Of a stretch of 63,906 nucleotides of DNA, positions 49,400 to 63,900 are shown one piece after another. The notes beneath the pieces were generated by a model. The model was not told where the DNA came from. It searched no databases and saw only the letters and a list, made by a program, of their open reading frames with translations. A program made the translations under genes and the position numbers. The first letter of the stretch is position 1. Each line of letters starts with the position of its first letter. This DNA is from Selaginella moellendorffii (taxonomy: Eukaryota > Plantae > Lycopodiophyta). The stretch lies in NCBI RefSeq assembly GCF_000143415.4, contig NW_003314274.1, forward strand, positions 2,524,623 to 2,588,528. Reading direction: 5' to 3'.

Positions 49400-51383
49400 G
49401 AATGAGCTTTTTACACTCTGCAGGAAGGAATCAAACTATTCAACCAGAAGCTTGCAAGGGTATTGATTTCATTGTAAAAGCCAAGAAAGTGGAGAAAATT
49501 CCTGAAAAGGTTGTCAAGTTCCTCCTGAGTACCATAGGTCTCACAAAGGCCTGATCGGGGATTATCTGGGTGAAAAAGAGGAGTTTGGGCTATTACAGAT
49601 GTCTAAAGCTGAGACATTGATGATGGAAAGGATCTTCCTGAAGAGTTTATGGGAGGATTATATGACCGTATAGTGAACAAAGAAAGTAAAATGAAAGTGG
49701 ATAATGTTATTCCGGTCACAAAACCCAGCTGGGGAGGACAATAATTTCCTGCTGGGATTGACAACATCATGAACATAGTTATCCAAAAGCCTAAAGAAGA
49801 GAAGCTGTTTAGGTCCAGTGAAGACGCGATTTGTTATATGCAAGATCAACTCAAAGAAAAGCTGCGAAACCAGAGTAAGCTTCATAGTTTCCTTATTGTT
49901 TTGATAGCATTGCCTTCATTTTCTACTAGATCTGCATACTATGCTGCGACAGACGTGGAAATTGTTAAGCCAAGTTTCATGGGGACCCATGCTTGCGGGG
50001 CCTAGTGTCCCACAAGGGTTGCGACGAGGTTGTGACTTCACCGCGCCTGGAAGGGTTCAGGCATGCGACACATATCACTGCAGTGATGTGCATGCAAATA
50101 CAGCGGGATGCTTTTGTGACTTCTCTTGCAAAGTTTACATCGCTACATTCTCCTGTGGATGTCAAGCAGAAAAACGTGAATGCTATCAAGGTAAATTTAG
50201 TGTGATGACATATGGTGCTTACCCTGACCAAATATTGCAAATGAATAAGGAAATTATTTGCAGCACGCATGGGAGCATGTACTTACATGCGTTTCACGAT
50301 TGATCATCTTTATCTCATTGGCGGCTCTTCATGATGCTACTTTCTTTTCAAACGATCTAGAAAAGACTAAGCTATCAACTGCTCCAAAAAGAAAAGGAAG
50401 ATTGTGTTTGCTGCTCTAGCTGCACGTTGAGGACCATATGACAGTACTGGTGGCAGGCAGAGCCCAGTACCTGGTGCAGTCACTGCAGAGCAAATGAGTA
50501 ATCTCTTTTCAAATCTCATTTTGCTCGGTCAAATTGATTCGAACGAAGCTAACAAAATTTTTACTCGAAGTCAAGCCTTAAGTAGTGAAGGAAATGTGGA
50601 CTTTGTAAAAGCATTGTGCAAAGTGTCCATGGATGAACTGCGATCTCCTACTGATCCACAAGTGTTCAGTCTCACCAAATTTTTGGAAATCTCATAAGTG
50701 ATTTGATTGTGACGTATTCACTCGCTTGTTGTATAGGCACTTCGATCAGGCTGGTCTGGAGGAGGATGTGGAATACATTGTCTGACTATTTTGTTACTGT
50801 CGGGTGTTCAAGCAATTTCTCAGTTGCTATGTATACCATGGACTCTCTCTGGCAGTTAGCGGATCGTGACGAGCTTGCAAATTACAACTTCCAGAGTCAG
50901 TTTATGTGGCCTTTTGTCATCATCATGCAGAGAAGTGCCTCTGTTGAAATACAAGAATTTATCATCCGTTGTGTCTCTCAAATGGTGTGCAACGTGAGAT
51001 CTGGCTTGAAAATTACGTTTATAGTAACAAAGTTTTCAGAGTCAAGGTATTGTCTGATAGTGGCGGTGACAGATAGAGATAGTGCCATTGTCCATCTTGT
51101 GTTTGAAACGGGAGAAGGTTGTCAGAGATACTTTCAACACATTACTGAAACCGAGAGCACAATATTCAGAGCACAATATTATATATGCCTTCTTGTGAAC
51201 AAGTTTAATGACGATATCAGCCTCAACGCTCTCACATTTCTGCGTTTTTGCGCCTTAAAGCTTGGTGAAGGAGAGCTTCGCTCTGTTTGGTTGGTTGGCC
51301 AGGAAGTGTATGAGAAAAGTAGTCTTTATTTGGTGACCAAAGATGCATTCTACACTGAAATTCCAAAGGAGCTTCCATACTGA
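49400..51383 (+). pseudogene. BIG-type Sec7 ARF guanine-nucleotide exchange factor fragments with internal deletions
   Basis: KGIDFI...KFLLSTIGL, FVTSLAKFTSLHSP.DVKQKNVNAIK, IFTRSQAL...DFVKALCKVSMDELRSPTDPQVFSLTK, ELANYNFQ...IIRCVSQMV, ISLNALTFLRFCALKLGEG. Confidence 0.88.
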
Positions 51384-51479
51384 TATCTAGATTGAGTAAT
51401 AAAAGTGCATATGTATCCTCAAGTCGGAGCTACAGACAGAAATGTAAGGCAGATCAGTAGACTGGGTTACATCCTTCTC

Positions 51480-51990
51480 ACTCTGTGTTCTTAAAATTTT
51501 TTCTAAAATTATACAAAATTGTTTTGAATCAAGAAGACTGTTTTGTGCCACTCACTCATTCCAGAGATAATAGTAAAGTAAAAGGTTTTGAGCATAAGGG
51601 CCTTCTAATTTTCTCTTTAATCAACTATTTAAATATAAATTTAAGCTGAATTTTATATTTATAATATAACTCTGTGTTCTTTAAAAAAAATTTCTAAAAT
51701 ATTAGAGATTATTTTGAATCAATAGAGGTTTAACAACATCTCAGTGACCAAACATGTGCTTTAAAGTTTTTGAGCCAAGTTTGATTATATTACAAATGAT
51801 GAGAATAGGAATGCATAAAAGTCAGTCACTCTTATGGGAGCATACAAAATATTATGTTTATTTATAGAAATATTTTATTCCAGTGACAATAGTAAAGTAA
51901 AGGGTTTTGAGTAAAAGGGCATTTCTAATTTTTTCTTTAATCAGATATTTAAATATAAATTTATGTTGAGTTATATATATTTATAAAATT
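51480..51990. repeat. Diverged AT-rich tandem duplication
   Basis: CTCTGTGTTCTT.. at 51481 and 51670. ATTCCAG...AATAGTAAAGTAAA.GGTTTTGAG...TTTAAATATAAATTT at about 51558 and 51877. Confidence 0.7.
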
Positions 51991-54900
51991 ATTGAAAAAA
52001 CATTGAATCAAGTAAAATTTTCAAATACTGTATTTATGCTGAAAATGCCATTTCTTGAAACCCTTTAACACTTTCAGGGGTGTTAACAGATTTTAGATTT
52101 TGCAGATGGGTACAAAGAGTCGAACTCTAAAGTAAAGTTTTATATGTGAGGATCAAAGGTGTAACAGTACCATTTAAATGGTACTAGATTTTAATGTGAA
52201 TATGGCCTCTCACTCAATGATAACACCATAGACCATAAAAGTTCTCTTGCAAATTTTTAATTAAATGCTCTGCTCTGAGACAAAATTAAAGAAAGAGGAT
52301 GTAACTAATATTAACTATATTAAGTTGAAGTGAGTTGTATTTGGATCCTGAGCCAGGATGATCCTTGGGCGATCATAGTAAATTAAGAACTCTAAGCAAA
52401 TGATATATATATTAGGTACCTGTCGTGGTTTCCAATAGCTGTCATGTAAGGGATCCTGGAAGCCACAGACTCGATCATCTCAAGTGATCCCATTCGCCAG
52501 TGGCATAACTTATATTACCCATGTAGAATTTGGAGTCCAAAGTCTGGTTGGCAAGAGAATCTATCACTTGCAATGCTCCAGGCTGCAATATATACTTGCT
52601 AAGGTAGAATTTCCAAATGTCTGTATTTACTTGTCTATAGTGTTCCAAGCTGTTGTCTCGTTTGGCCCTCTGAAAATGATGAAGCTTGCACTGTTTGATC
52701 CATTGCCTGGAGGAGTGATAAAATACTTGAGTTGCTCTAGCCAACTTTCTCACTAGGATTTAATCAAGCATAGGCTAATGTTGCTGAAACCCATGTAGTT
52801 TTTGTACCTTCCATATCTGTAAGAGAACTCTTGCCATGTCATTGTTGTGGGATACATATATCCAGGAGTGTGCTCTGTAGCTGATGACTCTAAACAAATT
52901 ACCCAAAATAAAAGTTGAAAAAAGAATAATGTTAACCTTTAGCACATATATCTTCCTTTTGGAAAGTTGTGAGATAGTGGGGCTTTGACCATCATACTCA
53001 ACGCTCTGAGTAGCATTATCGTTGCTGATCGAAGTTACCACCATCTTGAGTTAAAAAATTAGTAAAGTAACGAAAAGATCTATAAGATGCCAGAGGAGTC
53101 CATGAGAGAGCCTCAGGACTCATAAACAAAAGCGGCAGGGCAATCTTGAGAATGCCCCTCGGGAGTTACAAGCCCACTGCAATTGCTGAGGAACTTGCAC
53201 TGGAAGAAATCAAAATCACAGAAACATGAGAAATAGAAACACAAGAATTGCGAGCAACATTCTCTCATACAACTGAATAAGTTACTGGTTTCCACTTCTT
53301 ACCTTTTCAAATGAATGCAAATTAAATCACAAACCTCATTGATCCTCATTTTGACCTCATTTACTTCACTTTACCTGCTAAGTGATGTAAGTGGAGATTG
53401 AAAACTACGAGCTCTTTTATATATTATAGGTGAAAGAAATTTTGAGTGCTCTGCAGATTAGAAATTTTTGTTTGTAAAATGATCTCAAAGGGGTAAACGA
53501 ATTGGTTATATCCATTGCACCAGCACTGCACGCACTTTTGATGAGCATCCTGCTGAAAACACAAGAAAAGAGAGGAGAAAAAAAAAGGGGGGAGAAAGAG
53601 CCAGAAACTTGCTTAGAACTCTCAGTCGACATGAAGAACAAAGTATGCTACTTTCAAGTTGTTACAACAAGAGCACAGGATTTCGAGATTCCCAGCCTCA
53701 TGTATTTTCTTTGATCCAAGGTGCATTTAAAATATAGAAATGTATAATCATGCTTAGGATATAGGAATTGAGATGAATTAAATTATAGTCATTTTTTATG
53801 TTTGAGAGCTATGTTTGTAAGTCTGTATAACATTATTTTACGAAAGAAAAAAAAAAATAGAGCAATTAACATATTTGAAAGAAGTATTTCATGCTCTAAA
53901 AGTCATAAAAGGAATGGTCAAAATTTTGACCCTTGCTCTAAAAATCTACCATCGGTAGTTGGATCCTAACACATTTGCTAGCCAAGTTGAGCATGGCATT
54001 TCTAGAAGTCCCTTCTCAAGTGTCACCTGCTCTGTTGTTGATGTGTTATATACAACTCATCATTTTGTAGAAACCTCTTAATTTGAGCTTCTTTTAAACA
54101 AAATTTAACCAAATCTTTCTTATTTCAAAAGAGATATGGTTGTCAACTCCTTGATCAGTTTATAAATGCATCAACTTAGTGTAATCCTGAGATATTGGAA
54201 ATTTGGAATTTTCAAAACCCATGACATAATTACCCTTAATAATATCAGCATTTTCTTTACCTGCATTGTATAATCATAGCTTAGACCCTTTTTGACAATA
54301 TTTTAGTTGATCATATTCTTTATAATATTTTTTTTATTGTGCATATGCACATACAAATAGAAAGTTGCTAGAGAGATTTCTTAGTATATATATTCATGTG
54401 CATCCAAATATTTGGCTGGGATATTAGGTAGTTGTCCTAATACGCTTAGGTCCTTCATAATATATATATGCTCAATCACTTATATATGTTTTTTAAGCTC
54501 CTGAAAATGGTTGTCTTTGCCTGGTACCTGTTGTTTTTTTCTATGCCATTATTGTCAACATATATCCTCTCTTTCCATATTTCCTCTTTTAGCAGGGTGA
54601 TTTAATTAAGCCAGAGATACTACCAGGAATTTGGACTTTCTACCATCACTGATTGTGGTTTAAACTCCCTTTTAATGAGGATGTCTTTCTACAATTACCA
54701 TTATAGAAGACATGCCAACATCATACAAGTAAAGCCAAGAGTCACAATAAGCACTATAGTCAATGAATTTGTATAAACTATTCTGGACAGTCACATGACT
54801 AAGCATGAAATTATACAAATTACACACTAAATATGGTAGTGATTCTTTTAAGTTCTTCATAGATGTGTTTAATTCATAGATATAGTAGTAAAATTTATTT

Positions 54901-57151
54901 ATCATATTCTTTATTAGATAAATATAAGCATTTTGCTAACCTTTTATTACCTTTAGAACACACATTGTGACATGATTTACCTTTGGATTTGCTTATATAA
55001 ACAAAAGCTCTAAAATCAAGCTTTGGATTTCAGAGATTATCTAGCTGAACTCACAGAATATAATCAAAAGGGGGAATAGTGAAAATTAGTCATCATTTCT
55101 ATTGTCACTTGAATATTCACAACAGAACTATAATCTGAAGCTTGGTGCCATATTATTATAGAACAGTTTTATAGACATTTTCAGCTTATATATGAAATTT
55201 CTTTAGAAATAAATTGAAAGATATAATTTAAATAGAAATAAATTGATAATGTAACAAAAAGCTAAAAACTATTCAAAATTAGAGATATAATACAAAACAT
55301 TATATAAACTATAAATAATATTCTTGTATATACATATTAAAATAAAATAAAAATAAATAAATCAAGAAATTTATAGAACAAGTATAAATATTATAGATAA
55401 CTCTATTTGTATAAGCTCAAAGTATATATAAACAGATCAAGGATTTAAATAAAAGAAATAATGCCAAAGTGAAAAATTATTTTCAGATAGAAGTTACATA
55501 TCTGTGTGAAAATGTCTTTATATTTTCAATAAAAAATATAATAACAAGAACAATATCTAAAAGCTGAGATTCATAAAATACATCTATATAAATTTTAATG
55601 TCTTTCTTTACAATGTTCTTGGACTTCTAACAGAAAAAAAACATAAAAAGGGATTGAAAAAAAAAATTCAATATTACTTGAAAACTTCTAATGAAATGTT
55701 TTATTTATGTCAGCAAAATATTAAGAAACATAACATTAAATTTTAAAATTCCAATAATTCAAATAAACATTATGAATTTTTCCTTATAAAATTTAAAATA
55801 TTATTTTAAAAGTATTATCTTTATTAAAAATAATAATAAGTGCATAAAAGATCTAAAAGAGACAAACGATTTCAATACAAATAATATATTTATAATTAAT
55901 GATAATATATAGTAATAAATATAACAAAGATATTTAATACTGACCTTTGGTTGAGCATGTATTGAATAAAGATGATATAACTTAAATTGAGAAAGCATTA
56001 AGCATAAATTGTATATAAAGAAATATTTATGACATAATTAATACTATTGTATACATAAATATATTGTCATAACTTAAGAAATTTTCAGCTTAAAACTCAA
56101 AAATTTAATATTGCAAGATTTTAGGCTGTCACTTAGGACCAACGTTTTATTTATGAAAAGAATTATACATAAAATAATTAATGTATTTTAATACATTTTT
56201 TTGAATTTACAAGCTTCATAATGATATAATATCTTATTGAATTTCTGAAATATAAGTCATGAAGATGTATATGTTTATAATAAATAATTGCAAAAATATT
56301 TTAAATTAAAGTTGCATCTCTATGTACTTTTAATTTCTATTTGTTTTTATTTTGAAATATATACTTGTATATAATTTAGCTTCGAATACTCTATTATCAT
56401 CTAGAATCTATAGGATAATAAGTGTCATGTAAGAGATTTTTATTTATTTTACATTTAAATAAATGTATAGGTCTACATATTTCTAAACTAAACCCCTCTG
56501 GAAGAAGAAAAATCTTTGATATAAATTAGGTCTTATGAACCATTTAGAGCATTTGCCAAGCTTTACACAGTATTATATAAGGAACGTGAATATCTTATAA
56601 AATCACTAGTTTAAACAATATAGTGGTTGCTAATAAATGTCACAACCAAAATAACAAACTAATATAAAAGCATAGCCGACTGTGAATTGTTGTTTAAACA
56701 ACTATCATTCCAAAAGTATAGATACAACACTTTGGAACCAGTCCCAAAGGTATACTATCATAAAGAAACCAAAACATTAATGATTGTTATAATTAAAGCA
56801 TAACAAATTGAATCACATGGAAGCAGCTCTAAAACTTTATTTTTATGTCTTCTTTTTTTTCAGTAGAAACTCAAACTTATGAAATTTGTCCTTATTCAAC
56901 ATTATACATTAGAGGTTGGACAAACTTTTTTCATATTTCACATTTTTCTCTAATGCCCTTTTAAAAGGAATTTTATTTTAAAGCATCAGTTCTATAAAAA
57001 TAATTATAGAAAGCTGAAATATCCATATATTAAAGTTTTATTTAAGAAATTCAATAATACAACACTAGCTTAATGGTCTTAATTTGTTATTGTACTAAAA
57101 AGTGTGCTCTTTTCCACATTTAGTTTTCCTATATATGATTTCAAATCTTTT

Positions 57152-57820
57152 NNNNNNNNNNNNNNNNNNNNNNNNNNNNNNNNNNNNNNNNNNNNNNNNN
57201 NNNNNNNNNNNNNNNNNNNNNNNNNNNNNNNNNNNNNNNNNNNNNNNNNNNNNNNNNNNNNNNNNNNNNNNNNNNNNNNNNNNNNNNNNNNNNNNNNNNN
57301 NNNNNNNNNNNNNNNNNNNNNNNNNNNNNNNNNNNNNNNNNNNNNNNNNNNNNNNNNNNNNNNNNNNNNNNNNNNNNNNNNNNNNNNNNNNNNNNNNNNN
57401 NNNNNNNNNNNNNNNNNNNNNNNNNNNNNNNNNNNNNNNNNNNNNNNNNNNNNNNNNNNNNNNNNNNNNNNNNNNNNNNNNNNNNNNNNNNNNNNNNNNN
57501 NNNNNNNNNNNNNNNNNNNNNNNNNNNNNNNNNNNNNNNNNNNNNNNNNNNNNNNNNNNNNNNNNNNNNNNNNNNNNNNNNNNNNNNNNNNNNNNNNNNN
57601 NNNNNNNNNNNNNNNNNNNNNNNNNNNNNNNNNNNNNNNNNNNNNNNNNNNNNNNNNNNNNNNNNNNNNNNNNNNNNNNNNNNNNNNNNNNNNNNNNNNN
57701 NNNNNNNNNNNNNNNNNNNNNNNNNNNNNNNNNNNNNNNNNNNNNNNNNNNNNNNNNNNNNNNNNNNNNNNNNNNNNNNNNNNNNNNNNNNNNNNNNNNN
57801 NNNNNNNNNNNNNNNNNNNN
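57152..57820. other. Assembly gap (N run)
   Basis: Run of N. Confidence 1.
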
Positions 57821-58864
57821 ATCACTTTATAAATCTAATAAAGTTAATTTAAATATAAATTTTATGATGATTGCTTCTTTTCAATTCAAATTTTTATAGC
57901 ATCAAGTAGTGTAAAATATTTTGTCTTTAAAAGTAACATTTTAAATTCAACTTCATGTAAAAAATAAAAAATTTAGCATATGATATTTTTAAATTAGAAA
58001 TAAAATATGTAGAATACACTGTATAAAATATTACTAAAATTTATTGCCAAACTAGAAGGTGGGCTATATTTTTAAAATTGTCTATCCAAATTTTAAAGAG
58101 CAACTACACACTATTGTATATCTTTGTAAAGTTTTTCCTTTGATTATTTTGAATATAAATAATTAGAAAGTATAATATTGCTTTGTCAAATCAACAATTT
58201 TTATAATCTTTGATTTATCATATCAGTATGATATCCCAATTGGATGGATTGATGTTGTAGAAACACAATTGTGACAATAACTCATGTATGATACTCAAGC
58301 TGATAAATACTTTTATTTTGCTAATAGTGATAAGCATTTTCCTACATTATTGTTGGAATCCAAAGAGAACTACTTGACAAATAATTTATTAGGGTTCAAA
58401 TATATAGAGAGAGGGCTCATAAATAGGACTGCACTCAATTAAAGAGGGTTAAACATTCTCAAGATTGAGTAGGGTAACATACTCAGAAGTCCAAATTCAA
58501 AAGTTTTAGATTTAGTATAAAAAAGGTTTTAAATCCAACTGTGTTAGTTAGTTAAGGGAATCACACCATATATTGAGATTAACATCTGATAGTTTAGTAT
58601 GCTCTAGTTGAGTTAAAGAAGTTAAGAGAGTGGGGCTTTCAAGAGAGCTATGACACTTAGCCTTAGGAATAATATTAATATTGAATATGTCAAAATCAAA
58701 TATTAAAAGAAGTGGCCTAGGTTTTAACATGGAAGCTACTTTCTGCAACAGTAATAATCATAAGGATTGGCATCCTCCATTCAAGCTTGGCATCATGGGT
58801 AAACTGGGAGTTTCCCGGAAAAGTTAACTATCACAAATAGCCCCAAAAGTCAAAAAACCACTTA

Positions 58865-59000
58865 CATCTCCTACTTTTGAGCATGTGTTTATGAGCAAAC
58901 ACATTGTGGCGTGATTTGGATCTATAGGACTTTCAGATTTCAACTCTATCAAGACCTCAAATGCTCTTTTCACTGCTCCTGACTGACCACTCATAGTTAT
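58865..59000 (-). pseudogene. Pentatricopeptide-repeat fragment resembling MRL1
   Basis: SGQSGAVKRAFEVLIELKSESPIDPNHATMCLLINTCSKVG resembles the GQSGAVDRAFDVLAEM...PIDPDH repeat I recall from plant MRL1. Confidence 0.65.
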
Positions 59001-59243
59001 ACTCTCTATCCTAGTAGAGACCTCCCTCGTTACACACATAGACACACAAAATTTTTTAAGCTACAAATCTAGAATTCAAGAGGTGCCACCGTTTTTTCCA
59101 CTATTTAATGATCTTCACCATTCTTTTGGAGCATTATAGATCTCATCCGTCTGATTGGGAGCATTCACTATAAATAAAATTGGATATTCTTAAAATGGAA
59201 TATGTGACACTGATGCCAAAATAGCAACTTTAAATAAATTGTA

Positions 59244-59270
59244 CTAGCAAAAGTCCCAGCTATGCTGGGA
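59244..59270 (-). mobile_element. Helitron 3' terminus (hairpin plus CTAG)
   Basis: The minus strand reads TCCCAGC-ATA-GCTGGGA-CTTTTG-CTAG followed by T, downstream of a minus-strand Helitron ORF. Confidence 0.8.
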
Positions 59271-60278
59271 GCATTGTGTTTATTTCTGATATTTTAATAA
59301 TTTCAAAGAGTGTAATTCTTAACATAATCATAATTATAAGATATATAGTTAAACATAACATAATATTTATATTAAAAATATCTTCAACAATTGACTCCAT
59401 TACCAACAAACATCATAACATAATAAATATAACTCAGTACATTATATCATATTTAAAATTCTGATTGTTGACAGAAGTCTTGGATATTCTATAAATGGAA
59501 TTTCTCACTGTGGGATCCAATGCTCAGATGAGTCATTTTTTATTAACTAATTTTTTCTTTTATTTGAAATCTCTATATAAGTGATAAAAATCTTATTATT
59601 TGATGATTTATTAAACTATATAATTTCTCCTCTTAATAAAGTATGTGTTACTTAGGTACATTCAATTATAATGATGTTAAAAATATATTTAATATATATT
59701 TAAAAACTCACCTAAAGTGCATACATCTTTTAAATTTAAAAAATATAAACATTGTTATGGAGTTTCTCTTTTCATCATTTCAGACTGAAAGTTCTGGAAT
59801 TGCATAACAATAAGTGAAAGAAGTTAGCTTTATGTGTTATATTTTCTTTTATAAAATTATAATATTTTACATATTTATCATTGATATTCCTTTTTTACCT
59901 AATATTTATATTCATGCATTTTGAGAGTAATATTTAAAATAGAAAGTATTCTCTTATATATCATAAACATTATTTCTGTAGTTGTTTTGATAAATCTGAA
60001 ATAAGATTATTATCTCCCTATATTCATGTATTTATATTTATAATTAAGGCTTTATAGCACTGTTATGAATGCTGAAATTTTATGATGATAAATGAATCGT
60101 TATGCTAGAACTATAATATATCAGAAAATTCATGAATGGTATATAGAAGGTTTAATATAATATATTTAAATTTCTTTATATTGTCCATGTACTAATTTTT
60201 TTCTCAATCATATTTATACCTTATTATGTTTTTCATGTATAAATACCATGTAGGATAAAGTGGTAGAAAATTTATGAT

Positions 60279-60709
60279 NNNNNNNNNNNNNNNNNNNNNN
60301 NNNNNNNNNNNNNNNNNNNNNNNNNNNNNNNNNNNNNNNNNNNNNNNNNNNNNNNNNNNNNNNNNNNNNNNNNNNNNNNNNNNNNNNNNNNNNNNNNNNN
60401 NNNNNNNNNNNNNNNNNNNNNNNNNNNNNNNNNNNNNNNNNNNNNNNNNNNNNNNNNNNNNNNNNNNNNNNNNNNNNNNNNNNNNNNNNNNNNNNNNNNN
60501 NNNNNNNNNNNNNNNNNNNNNNNNNNNNNNNNNNNNNNNNNNNNNNNNNNNNNNNNNNNNNNNNNNNNNNNNNNNNNNNNNNNNNNNNNNNNNNNNNNNN
60601 NNNNNNNNNNNNNNNNNNNNNNNNNNNNNNNNNNNNNNNNNNNNNNNNNNNNNNNNNNNNNNNNNNNNNNNNNNNNNNNNNNNNNNNNNNNNNNNNNNNN
60701 NNNNNNNNN
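60279..60709. other. Assembly gap (N run)
   Basis: Run of N. Confidence 1.
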
Positions 60710-60896
60710 CTAAAATGAATTAAGATTATTACCTTTATGTTTTATTTTTTCTTATATAAATTTATATTGAGGCTAAAATCTTTCAATGAAAGGTAAGTTT
60801 TTATCCTGATATTATGGTATTGATGATTCATAATATTGTTTTTCCCTAAAACCATAACATATCAGAAAATGAAAAAATGGTCCATAGATTTCTTTA

Positions 60897-61592
60897 TTAA
60901 TAATAAAATTTTAAGTGATGATGAATCACATTTTTTAAGATGGTAGCCTTTTGTATTGTGTCTAATGTTGTCTCAATGATATTTCCATTGTTTGGTCTGA
61001 AACTTCCAATATTATGATAAATTTGTCCATGTATTTTAAAATAATAAGGGCCACCTACTGCAATCTCTTCGATGTTTGCACCCATTGATGCAAATGCTAA
61101 TGCACTATTATAATTTTGTATTAAATCTTTAAAGTTTCCTTGCTGTGGTGTTTCTTCCAGCAGTTTCTGGATGAATTGAGGAAAAGGATGTGAATTTTTA
61201 ATTGATATTCTCCCATCACAACAACAGTTGAAAACACTTTCCGTCATAAAAAAAAGAGCCTTACAATGTATACATTGTTTTTCCATCTTACCAAGATAAT
61301 GTTGCTCACATTTTCCATTTTCATTCTCTGACATTAACCCATGTATTTCTTTCGTCTCACTGCCCTACAGCAGTGGTTGCAGGAATACAGGAAATCGTGT
61401 GACAGAATTTACCAGTTGACATGACTTCTCCAGTTTCACATATTCTGCAAGCATTGTTTTTGCCAATATTAGTTTCCAAACATCCACATTAGTGGTAAAA
61501 GGTATGAGTTCTTGATTTCCAGTAGCATTTGCTACAATTACATCCCCTTCTAAAATGGCATCCACAGTTTTCCGCTTTCTTTTGCCGCCCAT
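60897..61592 (-). pseudogene. Second Helitron Rep/helicase N-terminus (zinc finger region), internally deleted or degenerate
   Basis: HYLGKMEKQCIHCKALFF..E...CCCDG and NYNSALAFASMGANI...GPYYFKIHGQIYH. Confidence 0.88.
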
Positions 61593-62221
61593 TTTCAGCT
61601 AGTTATTTCAATTTGTATAATAGGCTAGTAGATTTCAGCAAAGTAGAATAGCTTTGGTAGGTGTTAGTTCTGTTTAGAACGTCATGCAACGATGCAGCTT
61701 CTTATCAATAAGTCTTTTTGTTTTTTTTCTGTTTTGTATTCAAGCAAACATAGCAATAGCACAATAGAATGAGATTCTTGTATGTGCAGGTCACTCTTCT
61801 GAACTTTTTTCTGCCTGCACGCTTCCTTTTGAATGTCTAAAGCGTTTTTTAGGATCGTGATCTGGAACGACATATACACATTTTGTTTTTTACCTAAAAC
61901 CTTTACAGGAGAGAGCAAAAGACTAAATAAAATCAAACATAGAAATCATTTATATGCCCTGAGTTAATGTACACTGAAGCAAACCAAGCTCATGGCTTCA
62001 AAGTTGTGTCTATTAACACATACATACACAACAGTTTATTTAATACTGTCTTATTCCTTCAGAAATGGCTTTTTTAAAAACAGTTCATGGCTTTGTCTGT
62101 AAGAAAGTCGAGTAGGCTGCCATGTAGAGCTCCAATCCTTGTTCTCCACCACCTTAGCTGCCATGTACTACGCTGTGGTGATATCTCCTAAAGGTGCTGA
62201 TCACCACTTTGTCACGCATGT

Positions 62222-63900
62222 TTAGTTTGGAAAGATTGTTGTCGAGCTTGAGATCCTGGTGTAAACGAACGTGATCACTCGAGGAAAATGCCCGTGCCCT
62301 GTCCAAAAGGACACTCTCCTGGCGTTAGAGAATAACTGAGGATCAAACGAAACATACCTCGCCATGTAAGATTGCACTGCCTGAGCAAAGCCAGGCTTGT
62401 ACGAGAAGAGCAGCCCACAGAAGAGTTTCCCACCGATGGAGGCTTCTAGCGTGTATCCATAGTTGAATACGTCACTTTCTCTGGCCTCGAACATCTTCTC
62501 GCCTAGCGGCTGAACGTGAGCTTGAAACTCTGTAGCATGAGTTTGACAGGGAAAAATTGGAGAGGTCCAAGGTTTTCCGCAGATATTTCCGTGAGATGAA
62601 ACCAAGCTCTTGTCCGCATCCCTGTTGCTTGTCTAGCACGAATGGCGTGGCACAATACTCATTGCTGCCTTCTCTTAAGTTCCTTACGCATGGATAGCTT
62701 TGGTTCTGATGGATCTTTCTCCCTCAGCATCTCTTCACAGAAAAACGGCAACCATATTGTCAAGAATAGCAGCAATGTCAATAAAAGAAGAAGCCTACCT
62801 GTATCAAGGAAATACATGTCATCCAGAGCTTCAAGCTCTTTGTTACATCCCTCATAGACGAATAATATGCCTTGCTCTGCGTCCACAGAATCTCCTGCAA
62901 GGGAGAAACCTGGAGAAGGCCTGGAACCAGAGGGATTCAAAGTTGCCCAAACACCAGTCGCTGCAAAATACATAAAAGGCTCATGAGAGACCAACAGGAA
63001 ACAAATCTACCTACAAGCGTGATACTTTTCATGGCTGATTGTTGTATGCCCGGCTCTTGGCATCAGCTCGGCACCAGTCGTCTTTACCTCCCGCCATGCC
63101 ATTGTTTCTGGATTACCACCGTCCTCGTCACCCATGACAACGAAACAGTTCTTATAGGAAGAGCAGGTATGGCTATCCCGAGGAATAGGCGAGACTCCAG
63201 TGGTAGAAATCTTCTTCCAGACAAAAGTATCTGCAGGGGAAAAAGAGTTTAGAAGAAAACAAGGAAAGAAAACAGGATATTACTCGTGTCCAAAACATGG
63301 AGGAGGGATCGCTGGATTTCTCACATCCATGTGTAAGCTGTGTATTGCTTACTTGTTGCTTAGTGCTTCAACAGGAATACCGGAGGAGAAGAGACATCTT
63401 GCGACAGGCCAACTATAGGCTCCATGGTTCATGTGGAGTACACAGCCTGATTATGTAGAGGAGCTGTTGATATAAATGTAGAGAAGCTAGGTGACTTTGA
63501 GCTTGAACTGAGCAGTACTTGGCCTTCTCGACACATATGTTACTGTTATGTGTGTTGGTCAGAGTGCTCACTTAGAGCAAAGAGGGAAAGACATTTGCTA
63601 TTTTTTGTAGCCAATCAAGGGTAGGAGACACCTTATATATAATGTAGTATTACAACACAAATACAATTGAATCTGGCACCACTTCACTTAATTTGTCCTC
63701 AGACGTGTGATGCTAATAGTAATTGGATTTGTACAGCACCGTGTCCCTTAAGAGAAACGCATGGTCATCATTACCACTTCTAGAGCTGCTGCTCTGGATC
63801 GCTGCCACCACGTTGAACCACTCAGAAATGGCTCCAAAGTGAGGACCTCATCAATCTCTGCTGCTCGTGGGTGAGAAGTACAGGGACGAAAATTTCTTTT
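62222..63900 (-). pseudogene. Plant kelch/galactose-oxidase repeat protein, C-terminal part, degenerate
   Basis: Kelch-like PSPGFSLAGD...ILFVYEGCNKELEALDDMYFLDTG, SMRKELKRRQQ and C-terminal GYTLEASIGGKLFCGLLFSYKP. Confidence 0.7.

Noticed and set aside
52000-57150. Possible genes or degenerate Helitron in the AT-rich stretch
   Set aside because: Only short ORFs are present, with no motif I can recognise with confidence.
57079-60723. ORFs made of X residues
   Set aside because: These are artefacts of the N gaps.
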